A DNA stretch of 64,000 nt, taken from contig SFIR01000006.1 of assembly GCA_004556165.1 (NCBI GenBank), positions 854 to 64,853 on the forward strand. The letters are read 5' to 3'. The notes under the pieces are model-generated. The model had not been told where the DNA came from and searched no databases. It worked only from the letters and a program-made list of their open reading frames with translations. Position numbers and translations under genes: made by a program. Below are positions 56,083 through 64,000 of this stretch, one piece after another. The first letter of the stretch is position 1. Every line of letters begins with the position of its first letter. Source of the stretch: Clostridiales bacterium (GTDB lineage: Bacteria > Bacillota > Clostridia > Christensenellales > CAG-138).

Positions 56083-56351
56083 AAATATCTCCGAGGTTTT
56101 TTTGATTATATGCCGAAATGTACCGTCTTTGAACAGCACATGGGGGATTACCGACCGATATGCTAATTATATCAGAAAACTTCCGAAAAGCAATATTGAT
56201 AATCAAAGCCCGGGAACATGCTGAGGAACAAAACATATGTTATTTTCCTTACAAAAACACCTTTCGGACGGATAACTGCATCTGGAGTACGGCTGCAGTT
56301 ATATTTATGTTGACTTTTTCGCAATAATAGATTAGTATTGTATATGTATAA

Positions 56352-57620
56352 TTGTCTAATATGATCTGTTCGGGCAATTTCTTCTCAATTCCGGCTGAGC
56401 AGAAACTGCCGAAGGAGTTAATTACGGAAAAGTTTTCATTCAAAAAAAGCATTATATCCCTTGTGGTCGGGCTTGCGACCGCTCTTTTGGGTGTGTTCTT
56501 ATTGCCCGAAGCATATATTATAGGCGGTATTGCCGTTGCGGCGACGGGCATAGCATGGGGCATCAGCTATGCTGCGATCGGGGCTATCCCCTGCGCTTTA
56601 GCCCTTATTATCAATAATATCAATTATCCGACGGCACTTGCATGCGCTCTCGGCGGTTTTGTGCTTCTTCTTGCGATACTGGTCGTATGCTTCAGAAAGC
56701 GTGTGGCTTACAGGTATATAGCCATGGCCTTGGCAGCGCTCACCTTTGCTGCGCTGTATCTGTATTTCTGCCTTCCCTCCGTTCTGGCAGGGGAAGCACC
56801 GTATGCGGGTTTGCGCGATTACTTCCTGTATCTCGATGAGCAGTATAAGCTCTATGTTCCCGATGTTGAGACGAACTTTGCTCTGTATGCCGAGAATCTC
56901 GATACCATCCTTTACGGCTCATTCTTCATCGTCTCCGAGCTTGTGGGCTTCCTTGCGGTTGTTCTCTGTAAGCTTTACTGCAAATGCTTCAGGGCCGATG
57001 TTAAGCCCATGGCGAAATTTGCCGAATGGGAGATAGCAAAGAGCCTTCGCATCGGTATTCCCGTGCTTGCTGCCGGCTGCATCATACTGTATGCAGCAAA
57101 TTACTATCTTGCCGATGTCGTCACATTCTCCCTTGCAGCTCTGATATTCCCGCTTTTGTTCATCGAAGGCGTTTCGTATATCAGCTTTATGTTCACCTCC
57201 ACTATCGCCAATACGAAGCGGAAGCGCAGCAAGGGGTTGGTATACATGGTGGAAATATTCATGGCTATCCTGCTGCCGGGCATTTTCATATGCTTCGGAC
57301 TTATCGAGCTGTACGCAAAGCGCAGGCCTAAGATTCGAAAAATGAATGACCGCATCCGCGAAGCCTTCGAGAAGGCGGAGAGGGAAAAATCCGATGTTGT
57401 TACCGTTGATTTCGGCGACGGCAGGGGCCCGCAGATCATCGCAACGAGAAAGCGTGGGGAGGATATTTTCTTCGATACGGATGATGAGACGAAAAAAACG
57501 GACGGGGACGGCAAGGAAGCCGATAAGGACAAAGAAGAAAAAGAAGATATAAAAGATAAAGAAAACAGCGATACGAACGAAAAAAACGACAATGATCAGG
57601 ATGACTGCCGAAAGGAGTAA
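56352..57620 (+). CDS. YybS-like (DUF2232) polytopic membrane protein with a ~100-aa charged C-terminal tail; start uncertain
   Basis: ~8 TMs. Position immediately upstream of rplI-dnaB, as in the Bacillus yybS-gdpP-rplI-dnaC locus. Tail rich in D/E/K. TTG 56352 or ATG 56361. Confidence 0.55.
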   Translation: MSNMICSGNFFSIPAEQKLPKELITEKFSFKKSIISLVVGLATALLGVFLLPEAYIIGGIAVAATGIAWGISYAAIGAIPCALALIINNINYPTALACALGGFVLLLAILVVCFRKRVAYRYIAMALAALTFAALYLYFCLPSVLAGEAPYAGLRDYFLYLDEQYKLYVPDVETNFALYAENLDTILYGSFFIVSELVGFLAVVLCKLYCKCFRADVKPMAKFAEWEIAKSLRIGIPVLAAGCIILYAANYYLADVVTFSLAALIFPLLFIEGVSYISFMFTSTIANTKRKRSKGLVYMVEIFMAILLPGIFICFGLIELYAKRRPKIRKMNDRIREAFEKAEREKSDVVTVDFGDGRGPQIIATRKRGEDIFFDTDDETKKTDGDGKEADKDKEEKEDIKDKENSDTNEKNDNDQDDCRKE

Positions 57621-57625
57621 CGACA

Positions 57626-58078
57626 ATGAAAGTAATGCTCAAACAGGATGTTCACGGAACGGGAAAAGCCGGCGACATCGTTGATGTCAGCGACGGTTAC
57701 GCAAATAATTTCCTAATTCCGAGGAAATTGGCGATACCTGCCAATGCCGAGACGATCAATGCAGCCAATATCAAAAAGGCCGCCGCAAAGCACCGCGTTG
57801 AGGTTCAGCGCAGGAATGCAAAGGCGCTTGCTTCGAATATGTCCGGCTATACCGTAAAGGTCTATGCCAAATGCGGCGATAACGGCAGGCTCTTCGGCGC
57901 GATTACCGGCAAGGAGATCGCCGCCGCACTCAGCGAACAGTACGATATAAGCCTCGATAAGAAAAAAATAAGGCTGGACGAGCCTATTAAAGCAATCGGC
58001 AGTTACAGCGTGGTTGCTCATATGTTCGAGCAGACCGACGCCAAATTCACCGTTGATGTACTGCCGCTCGAAAACTGA
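57626..58078 (+). CDS. rplI: 50S ribosomal protein L9
   Basis: MKVMLKQDVHGTGKAGDIVDVSDGYANNFLIPRKLA is the L9 N-terminal signature. Confidence 0.95.
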   Translation: MKVMLKQDVHGTGKAGDIVDVSDGYANNFLIPRKLAIPANAETINAANIKKAAAKHRVEVQRRNAKALASNMSGYTVKVYAKCGDNGRLFGAITGKEIAAALSEQYDISLDKKKIRLDEPIKAIGSYSVVAHMFEQTDAKFTVDVLPLEN

Positions 58079-58097
58079 CGGCTGACCGTTAGGACGT

Positions 58098-59432
58098 ATG
58101 GAAGAGAACGAAAGACAGATCCCACATAGTACCGATGCGGAAAAGTCCGTACTCGGCAGCATCCTGCTTTCATCCGTTGCGGCGGAGAAAGCGCTTGAGG
58201 TGCTGCAGGCGGCGGACTTTTATTCGATTGCGCACCGCGACATCTTCACCGCAATGGAGAAGCTGTATAATGCCGGCAAGCTCATAGATACCGTAACGCT
58301 CATGGATATGCTCGAAAAGCTCGGCAAGCTCGATTCCGCAGGCGGACTCAGCTATATTTCCGAGCTTGCGCTCTATACCCCGAGCCCTTCAAATATCGAT
58401 CACTATATTAAGATCGTCGAAAACCATTCCGTCCGCAGAAGGCTTATGTCCGTGGGCGCGGAGATAACGCAGGATGCAGTGGAGAATACCAAGGATACCG
58501 AGGCAATAGTAGAGAGCGCCGAGCGCAGAATATACGATATTGCAAGGCGCAAATCCTCCGATTCCATGGAGCTTATCGGCTCGGTTTATTCGCGCGTCTA
58601 TACCCAGATAGGCGAATTCATGCAGATGGATGGCAAGCGGACGGGCATTGCGACGGGTCTTATCGACCTTGACGATGTGACCTCCGGCCTGCATAAGAGC
58701 GACCTTGTTATTATCGCAGCACGCCCTGCCATGGGTAAGTCCGCATTCGCGCTAAATATCGCGTCCAATGCCGCAATAAGGGAGAAAGCGACCGTTGCGA
58801 TATTCAGCCTCGAAATGAGCAAGGAACAGCTCGTCATGCGTATCATGTCGAGCGAAACGGAAATAAATCTGCAAAAGCTTCGCACGGGCGACCTCGGAGC
58901 GACCGAGATACTGAGGATTGCGGATAAATTCAATACCGTAGGCGAAGCCAATATCTTCATCGACGATACCCCCGGCGTATCCGTTGCGGAGGTTAGATCG
59001 AAGTGCAGGCGTATTCAGGCGATACACGGCCTTGATATCGTTATTATCGACTATCTGCAGCTCATGCAGTCCACCAGCAAACGTGATTCAAGGGTGCTTG
59101 AGATTTCCGAAATGACGAGAGGGCTTAAGATACTTGCAAGAGAATTGAATGTTGTCGTAATAGTTCTTTCGCAGCTCTCGCGTGAACCCGATAAGCGAAA
59201 GGATCATACCCCTCTGATGAGCGACCTCAGGGAGAGCGGCTCCATCGAGCAGGATGCCGATATGATAATGATGCTCTACCGTCCTGCCGTTTATCCCGAT
59301 ACCGAGGAATCCATGAACGGAGATAACACCTCATACATCAACCTCATAAAGCATAGGAACGGCGCAACTGCGAATATCAAAGCGCTTTGGCTCCCCGAGC
59401 AGACGAGGTTCACAAACCTTGCAAGCGAATAA
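58098..59432 (+). CDS. dnaB: replicative DNA helicase
   Basis: PHSTDAEKSVLGSILL N-domain, Walker A ARPAMGKSAF, IIDYLQLM, SQLSR, SGSIEQDAD motifs. Confidence 0.95.
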   Translation: MEENERQIPHSTDAEKSVLGSILLSSVAAEKALEVLQAADFYSIAHRDIFTAMEKLYNAGKLIDTVTLMDMLEKLGKLDSAGGLSYISELALYTPSPSNIDHYIKIVENHSVRRRLMSVGAEITQDAVENTKDTEAIVESAERRIYDIARRKSSDSMELIGSVYSRVYTQIGEFMQMDGKRTGIATGLIDLDDVTSGLHKSDLVIIAARPAMGKSAFALNIASNAAIREKATVAIFSLEMSKEQLVMRIMSSETEINLQKLRTGDLGATEILRIADKFNTVGEANIFIDDTPGVSVAEVRSKCRRIQAIHGLDIVIIDYLQLMQSTSKRDSRVLEISEMTRGLKILARELNVVVIVLSQLSREPDKRKDHTPLMSDLRESGSIEQDADMIMMLYRPAVYPDTEESMNGDNTSYINLIKHRNGATANIKALWLPEQTRFTNLASE

Positions 59433-59451
59433 ACATACAAAATACATCTCT

Positions 59452-59487
59452 GCGCTCCGCATCGAATGGGTGCGGAGCGTTTGTATT
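59452..59487 (+). terminator. terminator after dnaB
   Basis: GCGCTCCGCA-N9-TGCGGAGCG followed by TTTGTATT. Confidence 0.6.
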
Positions 59488-59612
59488 CTAAAAGCTTCGA
59501 TCTCTTTTCACACTTTAATCTTTATTATTTTGTATAATTTCACATCCGCCCATCAATAAGCAAAATCCTTATAAGGTTTAACAAAACTGCCACAATCAGA
59601 TGGCTTTTTATA

Positions 59613-59641
59613 TTGACAAAAACTAAGAAACCAAATATGAT
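59613..59641 (+). promoter_or_regulatory. promoter of the duplicated Cys-rich lipoprotein gene
   Basis: TTGACA-17 nt-TATGAT, ~75 nt upstream of ATG 59720. Confidence 0.5.
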
Positions 59642-59719
59642 GAATACATCATGCCGATACGGTCTTTTGCGGAGATACGCAGAGGTATAGTATTGCCTAT
59701 TGACATTTAGGAGGAAAAA

Positions 59720-61078
59720 ATGAAACAAATCAGATCAATCACCGCCTTGATTCTTGCGTCGATTATGGCGCTTGCCATGTTCGGCGGCTGCGCCGGGGAC
59801 AACTCCGAGGACCCCACCCCGTCCCCCGATACGGAGATTCCGGCATCGGAAGAACCCACCGAAGTACCCACGGAAGAGCCTACCGAAGTACCTACGGAAG
59901 AACCAACCCCGGAGCCGGAGGGCGAAACATATGAGGTTCATGGAGTTGAAGCGGATTTCAATTTCGAGTATTTCGATGATACGGGAGATGAAGAATTGTT
60001 TGCGTTTTCGGCAGCAGTACCCTTGCCCGTCGGCTGGGAGCTCAGGGACGAACCAACGGAAGATTGCTTCCCGTTCCGAAATTTGGCTTACCCTAATAAC
60101 GACCGCAAGTGCATATATGATGCTGAGGGCAACTGCGTGGGCGTCGTTGCCGGATTCGGCTATGAGCCTTCCGGGTATGAGGAGCAAAAGTATTATCCGG
60201 CGACATTTGGGCATATATCCTATGTTGCGCTCGATGAGTGGTGCGTGTCCGCAGAATGTGATCCTTCCTGCCTCAGTACAATCTCGGTTTGCTTCTATGA
60301 TATGCAGCAATGGTGCGAACCGGAGTATGAGATAACCGAACCCGAGGTATACAATCCGACAATCATTGTGGAAAATCTCGAGACGCATTGCTATATCTCA
60401 ATTGAGTTCCTGCATGGACTTTTGAGCACGGAAACGATTGCTGAAATAGCCGAATCCGCCGTTGTTTATTCCTACGGTGACCCGTCGAAGTCCGAAAGAA
60501 AAACGTATGAGGTTCGTGGAGTTGAAGCGGATTTTAATTTCGAATACTTGAGTGCTGATGAACCGTTTGCGTTCTCGGCAGCAGTACCCTTGCCCGTCGG
60601 CTGGGAGCTCAGGGACGAACCCACGGAAGACGGCTTCCCGTTCCGGGCATTGCTTCCCGTTCCGGATAGGTCTTATAATGACTACAAATGCATATACGAT
60701 GCCGAGGGTAACTTCGTTGGCGTTGTTGCCGGATATGCTTGCGAGCTGGCCGAGGACGACGAGATGTTTGATAATCTTGTGGCAAGGTATTCCAATGCGG
60801 CATTTGGAAATACTACATGCATTGCGCTCAATGAGAAATGCGTGCCCGCCGAATGTGATCCATCCTGTCTCAATACGATTTCCTTCACCTACTATGGGCC
60901 GCAGATGTTCGCGCCGGCGTATACAGCATCAGAATTTACGGTATGCAACCCGACAATCATTTCGGAGAATCTCGAAACGCATTGCTATATAGTAATTGAG
61001 TTCCTGCACGGGCTTATCAGCGAAGAAACGATTACTGAAATAGCCCAATCCGCAATAGTCCATCCGGGCATTAACTGA
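59720..61078 (+). CDS. Cys-rich lipoprotein built from two tandem ~192-aa repeats (function unknown)
   Basis: SD AGGAGG, MKQIRSITALILASIMALAMFGGCAG lipobox, (EEPTEVPT)n linker, then two homologous units each starting TYEV(H/R)GVEADFNFEY and ending ITEIA(E/Q)SA(V/I)V. Confidence 0.75.
   Translation: MKQIRSITALILASIMALAMFGGCAGDNSEDPTPSPDTEIPASEEPTEVPTEEPTEVPTEEPTPEPEGETYEVHGVEADFNFEYFDDTGDEELFAFSAAVPLPVGWELRDEPTEDCFPFRNLAYPNNDRKCIYDAEGNCVGVVAGFGYEPSGYEEQKYYPATFGHISYVALDEWCVSAECDPSCLSTISVCFYDMQQWCEPEYEITEPEVYNPTIIVENLETHCYISIEFLHGLLSTETIAEIAESAVVYSYGDPSKSERKTYEVRGVEADFNFEYLSADEPFAFSAAVPLPVGWELRDEPTEDGFPFRALLPVPDRSYNDYKCIYDAEGNFVGVVAGYACELAEDDEMFDNLVARYSNAAFGNTTCIALNEKCVPAECDPSCLNTISFTYYGPQMFAPAYTASEFTVCNPTIISENLETHCYIVIEFLHGLISEETITEIAQSAIVHPGIN
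59927..61075 (+). repeat. in-frame tandem duplication of a 576-bp (192-codon) unit inside the lipoprotein gene
   Basis: Unit A 59927-60502, unit B 60503-61075. Stretches such as GCAGCAGTACCCTTGCCCGTCGGCTGGGAGCTCAGGGACGAACC are identical in both. Confidence 0.9.
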
Positions 61079-61150
61079 AAATAACCGCATTATTCTCCGA
61101 TTCTTAAATCAAGGCGCAGCAGGTTCAGCCCCGAGCATACTCGGTTTTCG

Positions 61151-61194
61151 GACTTTCAAGCCGAATCGCCGCTTTGACCTTCAAGCCTAATCGC
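61151..61194. repeat. 19-nt direct repeat, 2 copies, 25-nt period
   Basis: GACTTTCAAGCCGAATCGC (61151-61169) and GACCTTCAAGCCTAATCGC (61176-61194), 17 of 19 identical, in the convergent intergenic region. Confidence 0.6.
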
Positions 61195-61200
61195 TTCGAT

Positions 61201-61248
61201 AAAATGAAGAAAGCGCCGCTTTCCGTGTTGACCACGAAGAGCGGCGCT
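61201..61248 (-). terminator. terminator of proS
   Basis: Minus strand reads AGCGCCGCT-(19-nt loop with inner CACG/CGTG pairing)-AGCGGCGCT followed by TTCTTCATTTT. Confidence 0.5.
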
Positions 61249-61321
61249 CTTAGCTGCTTTTATGATAATAAATAGGAGCTAACCTCGTGTTATAACTGCT
61301 CCGAATACCGGTGCAGAGCTG

Positions 61322-63067
61322 TCACTTCATAACTGCCTCATGGCTGAACTTTGCGAGCATTTCGTCCACCATGGTCTTGACGGTATCGACGACGGTATCA
61401 AGCGCCATATCCTGCTTGAAGGATTTATCACGGAGGGAAACCTCTGCAACACCTCTTCCGCAGGTCTTGGGGCTGACGGTGATGCGGACGGGGCAGCCCA
61501 AGAGGTCTGCATCGGAGAACATGAAGCCTGCGCTGACGGGACGGTCATCGAAGAGCACTTCAACTTCCTTTGCCTGAAGCTCGTCATAGATGCGGTTGGC
61601 TTCTTTGGAAACCTGCTCGTTATCGCTCCTCAGCGCACAGATATGTACCTGCCAGGGCGCGATGGAGATGGGCCAGATGGGGCCGTAATCATCTCTGCGC
61701 GCTTCGCATACGGAGGCGGCAAGCCTGCCGACACCTATGCCGTAGCAGCCCATGATGGGGGTCTGCATGACGCCGTTCTTATCGGAATAGCGCATGCCCA
61801 TGGATTCGGTGTACTTGGTGCCGAGCTGGAAGATATTGCCGACCTCGATACCGCGTGTGGTGCGTATGCTCTTTTTGCCGCATTTGGGGCAAATCGCGCC
61901 CTGATAGGTCTTGGCGACATCAATATAAACGGTGTCGGTGGGGAGATCGCGCTCGGGGGTCATGCCGGTATAGTGGAAACCGACCTTATTCGCACCGCAT
62001 ACGAGGTTATGCGCGTGGGCGAGGGAACGGTCGAAGATAACGGTTGCTTTTGCATTGAAGCCGAGAGGCCCGATAAAGCCGTAGGCGACATCGGAGGGGC
62101 TGTTCTCATCTGCGACCTCGGGATGGACCTCGCTCTTGAGGAAGTTGCGGAGCTTGACCTCGTTGACCTCAAGATCACCGCGGAGGAATACGACGACAAG
62201 CCCGTCATCGGTATCCTTGCGGTAGAGGACTGCCTTGCAGGTATCCTTTTCGGTGACGTTCAAAAGAGCACAGATCTCTTCTATCGTCTTGCTGTCCGGA
62301 GTGGGTACCATGGTGAGCTCGGCGTCTTCACGCGCCTCGTTCTCGACGATGCAGGGAGCGACCTCCATATTGGAACGAAAATCGCATTCATCACAGACAA
62401 CGAGGGTATCCTCGCCGATCTCGGTGGGAAGCATGAATTCATCGGCGATCTTGCCGCCCATCATGCCGGAGTCGCTCTGAACGGCGAAAACCTCGGGCAC
62501 GCCGCAGCGCGCGAAGATACGGTTGTATGCTTCGTAGCATTTTTTATAGAATACCTCAAGATCTTCCTGAGTGGTATGGAATGAGTAAGCATCCTTCATC
62601 GTGAATTCGCGCACGCGGATAAGGCCGCCCCTTGCGCGGGGCTCATCACGGAATTTGGTCTGGATCTGATAAATCATAAAGGGATAATCGGAATACGACT
62701 GAGCGACGTTGCGTGCAAGATGCACCGCTGCTTCCTCATGGGTCATACCGAGGACCATATCGTTTCCGCCCCTGTCCTTGAAGCGCAGAAGCTCGCTGCC
62801 GACGCTATCCCATCTGCCGGATTCCTTCCAAAGGTCGGCAGGCATCGCCACGGGGAACATGACCTCCTGACCGCCGAGACGGTCCATTTCGTCACGGAGT
62901 ATCGCTTCGATCTTGGAGGTGATGCGCTTGGTCGGAGTAAAGAGTGAGTAAATCCCGTTGCCGACGCCCTTGATGTATCCGCCGCGAAGCATCAGTATCT
63001 GGCTTGCGATCTGGCAGTCCGCCGGGGTCTCCTTGAAACGCAGACCGAGAAGTTGGCTCATTTTCAT
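61322..63067 (-). CDS. proS: proline--tRNA ligase (bacterial type with INS editing domain)
   Basis: MKMSQLLGLRFKETPADCQIASQILMLRGGYI N-terminus, class II motifs (FRDEPRARGGLIRVREF; GCYGIGVGR). Start could be 63067, 63061 or 63088. Confidence 0.9.
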   Translation of the reverse strand: MKMSQLLGLRFKETPADCQIASQILMLRGGYIKGVGNGIYSLFTPTKRITSKIEAILRDEMDRLGGQEVMFPVAMPADLWKESGRWDSVGSELLRFKDRGGNDMVLGMTHEEAAVHLARNVAQSYSDYPFMIYQIQTKFRDEPRARGGLIRVREFTMKDAYSFHTTQEDLEVFYKKCYEAYNRIFARCGVPEVFAVQSDSGMMGGKIADEFMLPTEIGEDTLVVCDECDFRSNMEVAPCIVENEAREDAELTMVPTPDSKTIEEICALLNVTEKDTCKAVLYRKDTDDGLVVVFLRGDLEVNEVKLRNFLKSEVHPEVADENSPSDVAYGFIGPLGFNAKATVIFDRSLAHAHNLVCGANKVGFHYTGMTPERDLPTDTVYIDVAKTYQGAICPKCGKKSIRTTRGIEVGNIFQLGTKYTESMGMRYSDKNGVMQTPIMGCYGIGVGRLAASVCEARRDDYGPIWPISIAPWQVHICALRSDNEQVSKEANRIYDELQAKEVEVLFDDRPVSAGFMFSDADLLGCPVRITVSPKTCGRGVAEVSLRDKSFKQDMALDTVVDTVKTMVDEMLAKFSHEAVMK

Positions 63068-63131
63068 AGTATTTATACGCCTTTCCATAAAAACTTATGT
63101 AATTACCATCAGTCGGGAATTATCCCGATAG

Positions 63132-63160
63132 ATGATAACAGATGTTTATTTTCTTGTCAA
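63132..63160 (-). promoter_or_regulatory. promoter of proS
   Basis: Minus strand reads TTGACA-17 nt-TATCAT. The short leader contains a TCGGGA-TAAT-TCCCGA hairpin. Confidence 0.5.
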
Positions 63161-63270
63161 GCAAAATGAGGATGACTGTTCTGACAATGCCGAGCTTACG
63201 CATTCCTTCATAAACGGAGGCTGAGTTTTCTAAGTTAAAATCACTTTTTATTTCACTTTTTAGGAGCATT

Positions 63271-63309
63271 CAATACAAAAGCACTGCTGACGAGTCGAAA
63301 GCAGTGCTT
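63271..63309 (-). terminator. terminator of the zinc-ribbon small-protein transcription unit
   Basis: Minus strand reads AAGCACTGCT-N11-AGCAGTGCTT followed by TTGTATTG. Confidence 0.6.
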
Positions 63310-63389
63310 ATCTTTACAGATTCTATTTACATTATTCCACGAACGAAAAATATATTAGCCCTTCTCGTTATAGTTGCTTGCAAGAAGGT

Positions 63390-63578
63390 TCATGGCAGTG
63401 AACAGCTTGTGTAAGTAAACAAACGGACCGACCAATATGTATCTGCGCCAAAGTTATACGAAATGCCTCTCCGCGTTAATTCTTTGCCGATTCTCGCAGA
63501 AATCTTGTGATAACATACAAAAACAGCAATTCCACAAGTCAGCCATGAAAATATAAACGTCAACAGACAAAAATGCAT
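63390..63578 (-). CDS. possible small membrane protein (62 aa)
   Basis: One hydrophobic helix. GGAAAG lies 6 nt before the ATG. Sits between the zinc-ribbon gene and the shared terminator. No recognisable motif. Confidence 0.3.
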   Translation of the reverse strand: MHFCLLTFIFSWLTCGIAVFVCYHKISARIGKELTRRGISYNFGADTYWSVRLFTYTSCSLP

Positions 63579-63602
63579 GGTTTTCTTTCCGTCATGCCTA
63601 CG

Positions 63603-63938
63603 TCATGCATTTTCATTTTTGCATAACAAACAGATACCTGCTATAAAACTTACGAATAATAAAGTGCAAACTTTCAGACCGGTTCCGATGGGCTTGTTGT
63701 CTCGCATGCGGTTGAAAATAGAAATAGTGATGGGCAAGCACCAAGCCAACGGCAGCAGCATCCAACCCTGAGCAATGCAACCAAAGATCAAAAAGACTTT
63801 GATTACAGTATTCATAGTGTCATCTTCGCTAACCTGATTTGCAACGGAAGAAGCCGGCTGCTCTACACTGCACCCACATTTAACGCAAATCACGGCTTCA
63901 TCGTGAATCTGAGCACCACAGTGAACACAATACTTCAT
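63603..63938 (-). CDS. zinc-ribbon domain small membrane protein (111 aa)
   Basis: MKYCVHCGAQIHDEAVICVKCG (2x CxxC), then 2-3 TMs. SD AAGAAGG. Confidence 0.6.
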   Translation of the reverse strand: MKYCVHCGAQIHDEAVICVKCGCSVEQPASSVANQVSEDDTMNTVIKVFLIFGCIAQGWMLLPLAWCLPITISIFNRMRDNKPIGTGLKVCTLLFVSFIAGICLLCKNENA

Positions 63939-64000
63939 ATTTTACCTTCTTTCATTCCACATCCAAAATTATATCTTGACATATTCTAACATAATAATCA

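Noticed and set aside
59540-59728. 62-aa minus-strand ORF in the dnaB-lipoprotein intergenic region. Other 60-110-aa ORFs in the track include 7375-7560, 7548-7874, 8389-8640, 11889-12182 and 17640-17909.
   Set aside because: They overlap promoters, leaders or terminators of well-supported genes. They lack SD sequences and have low-complexity or implausible composition.
63068-63330. A T-box leader was expected upstream of proS.
   Set aside because: The promoter lies only ~65 nt from the start codon. No T-box sequence (..GGTGGTACCGCG..), specifier loop or antiterminator is visible on the minus strand, only a 6-bp hairpin.

Overview
64-kb chromosomal segment, roughly 50% GC by eye. Gene content points to a Clostridia-type (Oscillospiraceae/Ruminococcaceae-like) gut anaerobe; this is inference from butyrate kinase, DegV, YybS-RplI-DnaB synteny, many lipobox surface proteins and an xPxTG sortase substrate. 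I call about 55 protein genes. I found no rRNA, tRNA, CRISPR array, cas gene, transposase or integrase.

Layout:
- 1-4.6 kb: a zinc-ribbon membrane protein in one operon with an ABC-2 exporter.
- 4.7-6.4 kb: two tandem paralogous lipoprotein cassettes.
- 6.4-8.5 kb: thioesterase, GNAT and DegV.
- 8.8-17.9 kb: an Opp/Dpp-type ABC importer in which four of five subunits are strongly expanded.
- 18.4-27.4 kb: a maltodextrin/starch locus (two GH13 enzymes, MalEFG-like transporter, short LacI regulator, surface CBM-like lipoprotein).
- 27.4-32.3 kb: an accessory-looking stretch with an orphan CARF + PD-(D/E)xK (Card1/Can2-like, DUF1887) gene, a Cys-containing LRR sortase substrate and a long ArsR-type regulator.
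- 32.3-38.6 kb: glsA, orphan buk, a NitT/TauT-type ABC importer, an ArgRS-derived core-less protein and an MBL hydrolase.
- 38.7-40.8 kb: a tightly coupled DUF5685 / Cys-tailed J-protein / small membrane protein operon.
- 41-47.1 kb: a BMP-type nucleoside ABC importer fused to tdk and an NDT-like gene.
- 47.1-64 kb: housekeeping genes (PPIase, ftsH, DUF815 ATPase, asparaginase, Ldh2-family dehydrogenase, CDF, murG, yybS-like, rplI, dnaB, proS), an internally duplicated Cys-rich lipoprotein and an AT-rich end with small zinc-ribbon membrane proteins.

Most worth a second look:
- The DUF5685/J-protein operon. The DUF5685 protein carries squalene/phytoene-synthase-like Asp-rich motifs.
- The orphan CARF nuclease.
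- The expanded Opp system.

Many near-consensus TTGACA-17-TATAAT promoters lie inside the longest-ORF N-terminal extensions. I used them, together with SD sites and lipoboxes, to move start codons. All functional calls rest on motif recognition by eye. No database search was run.
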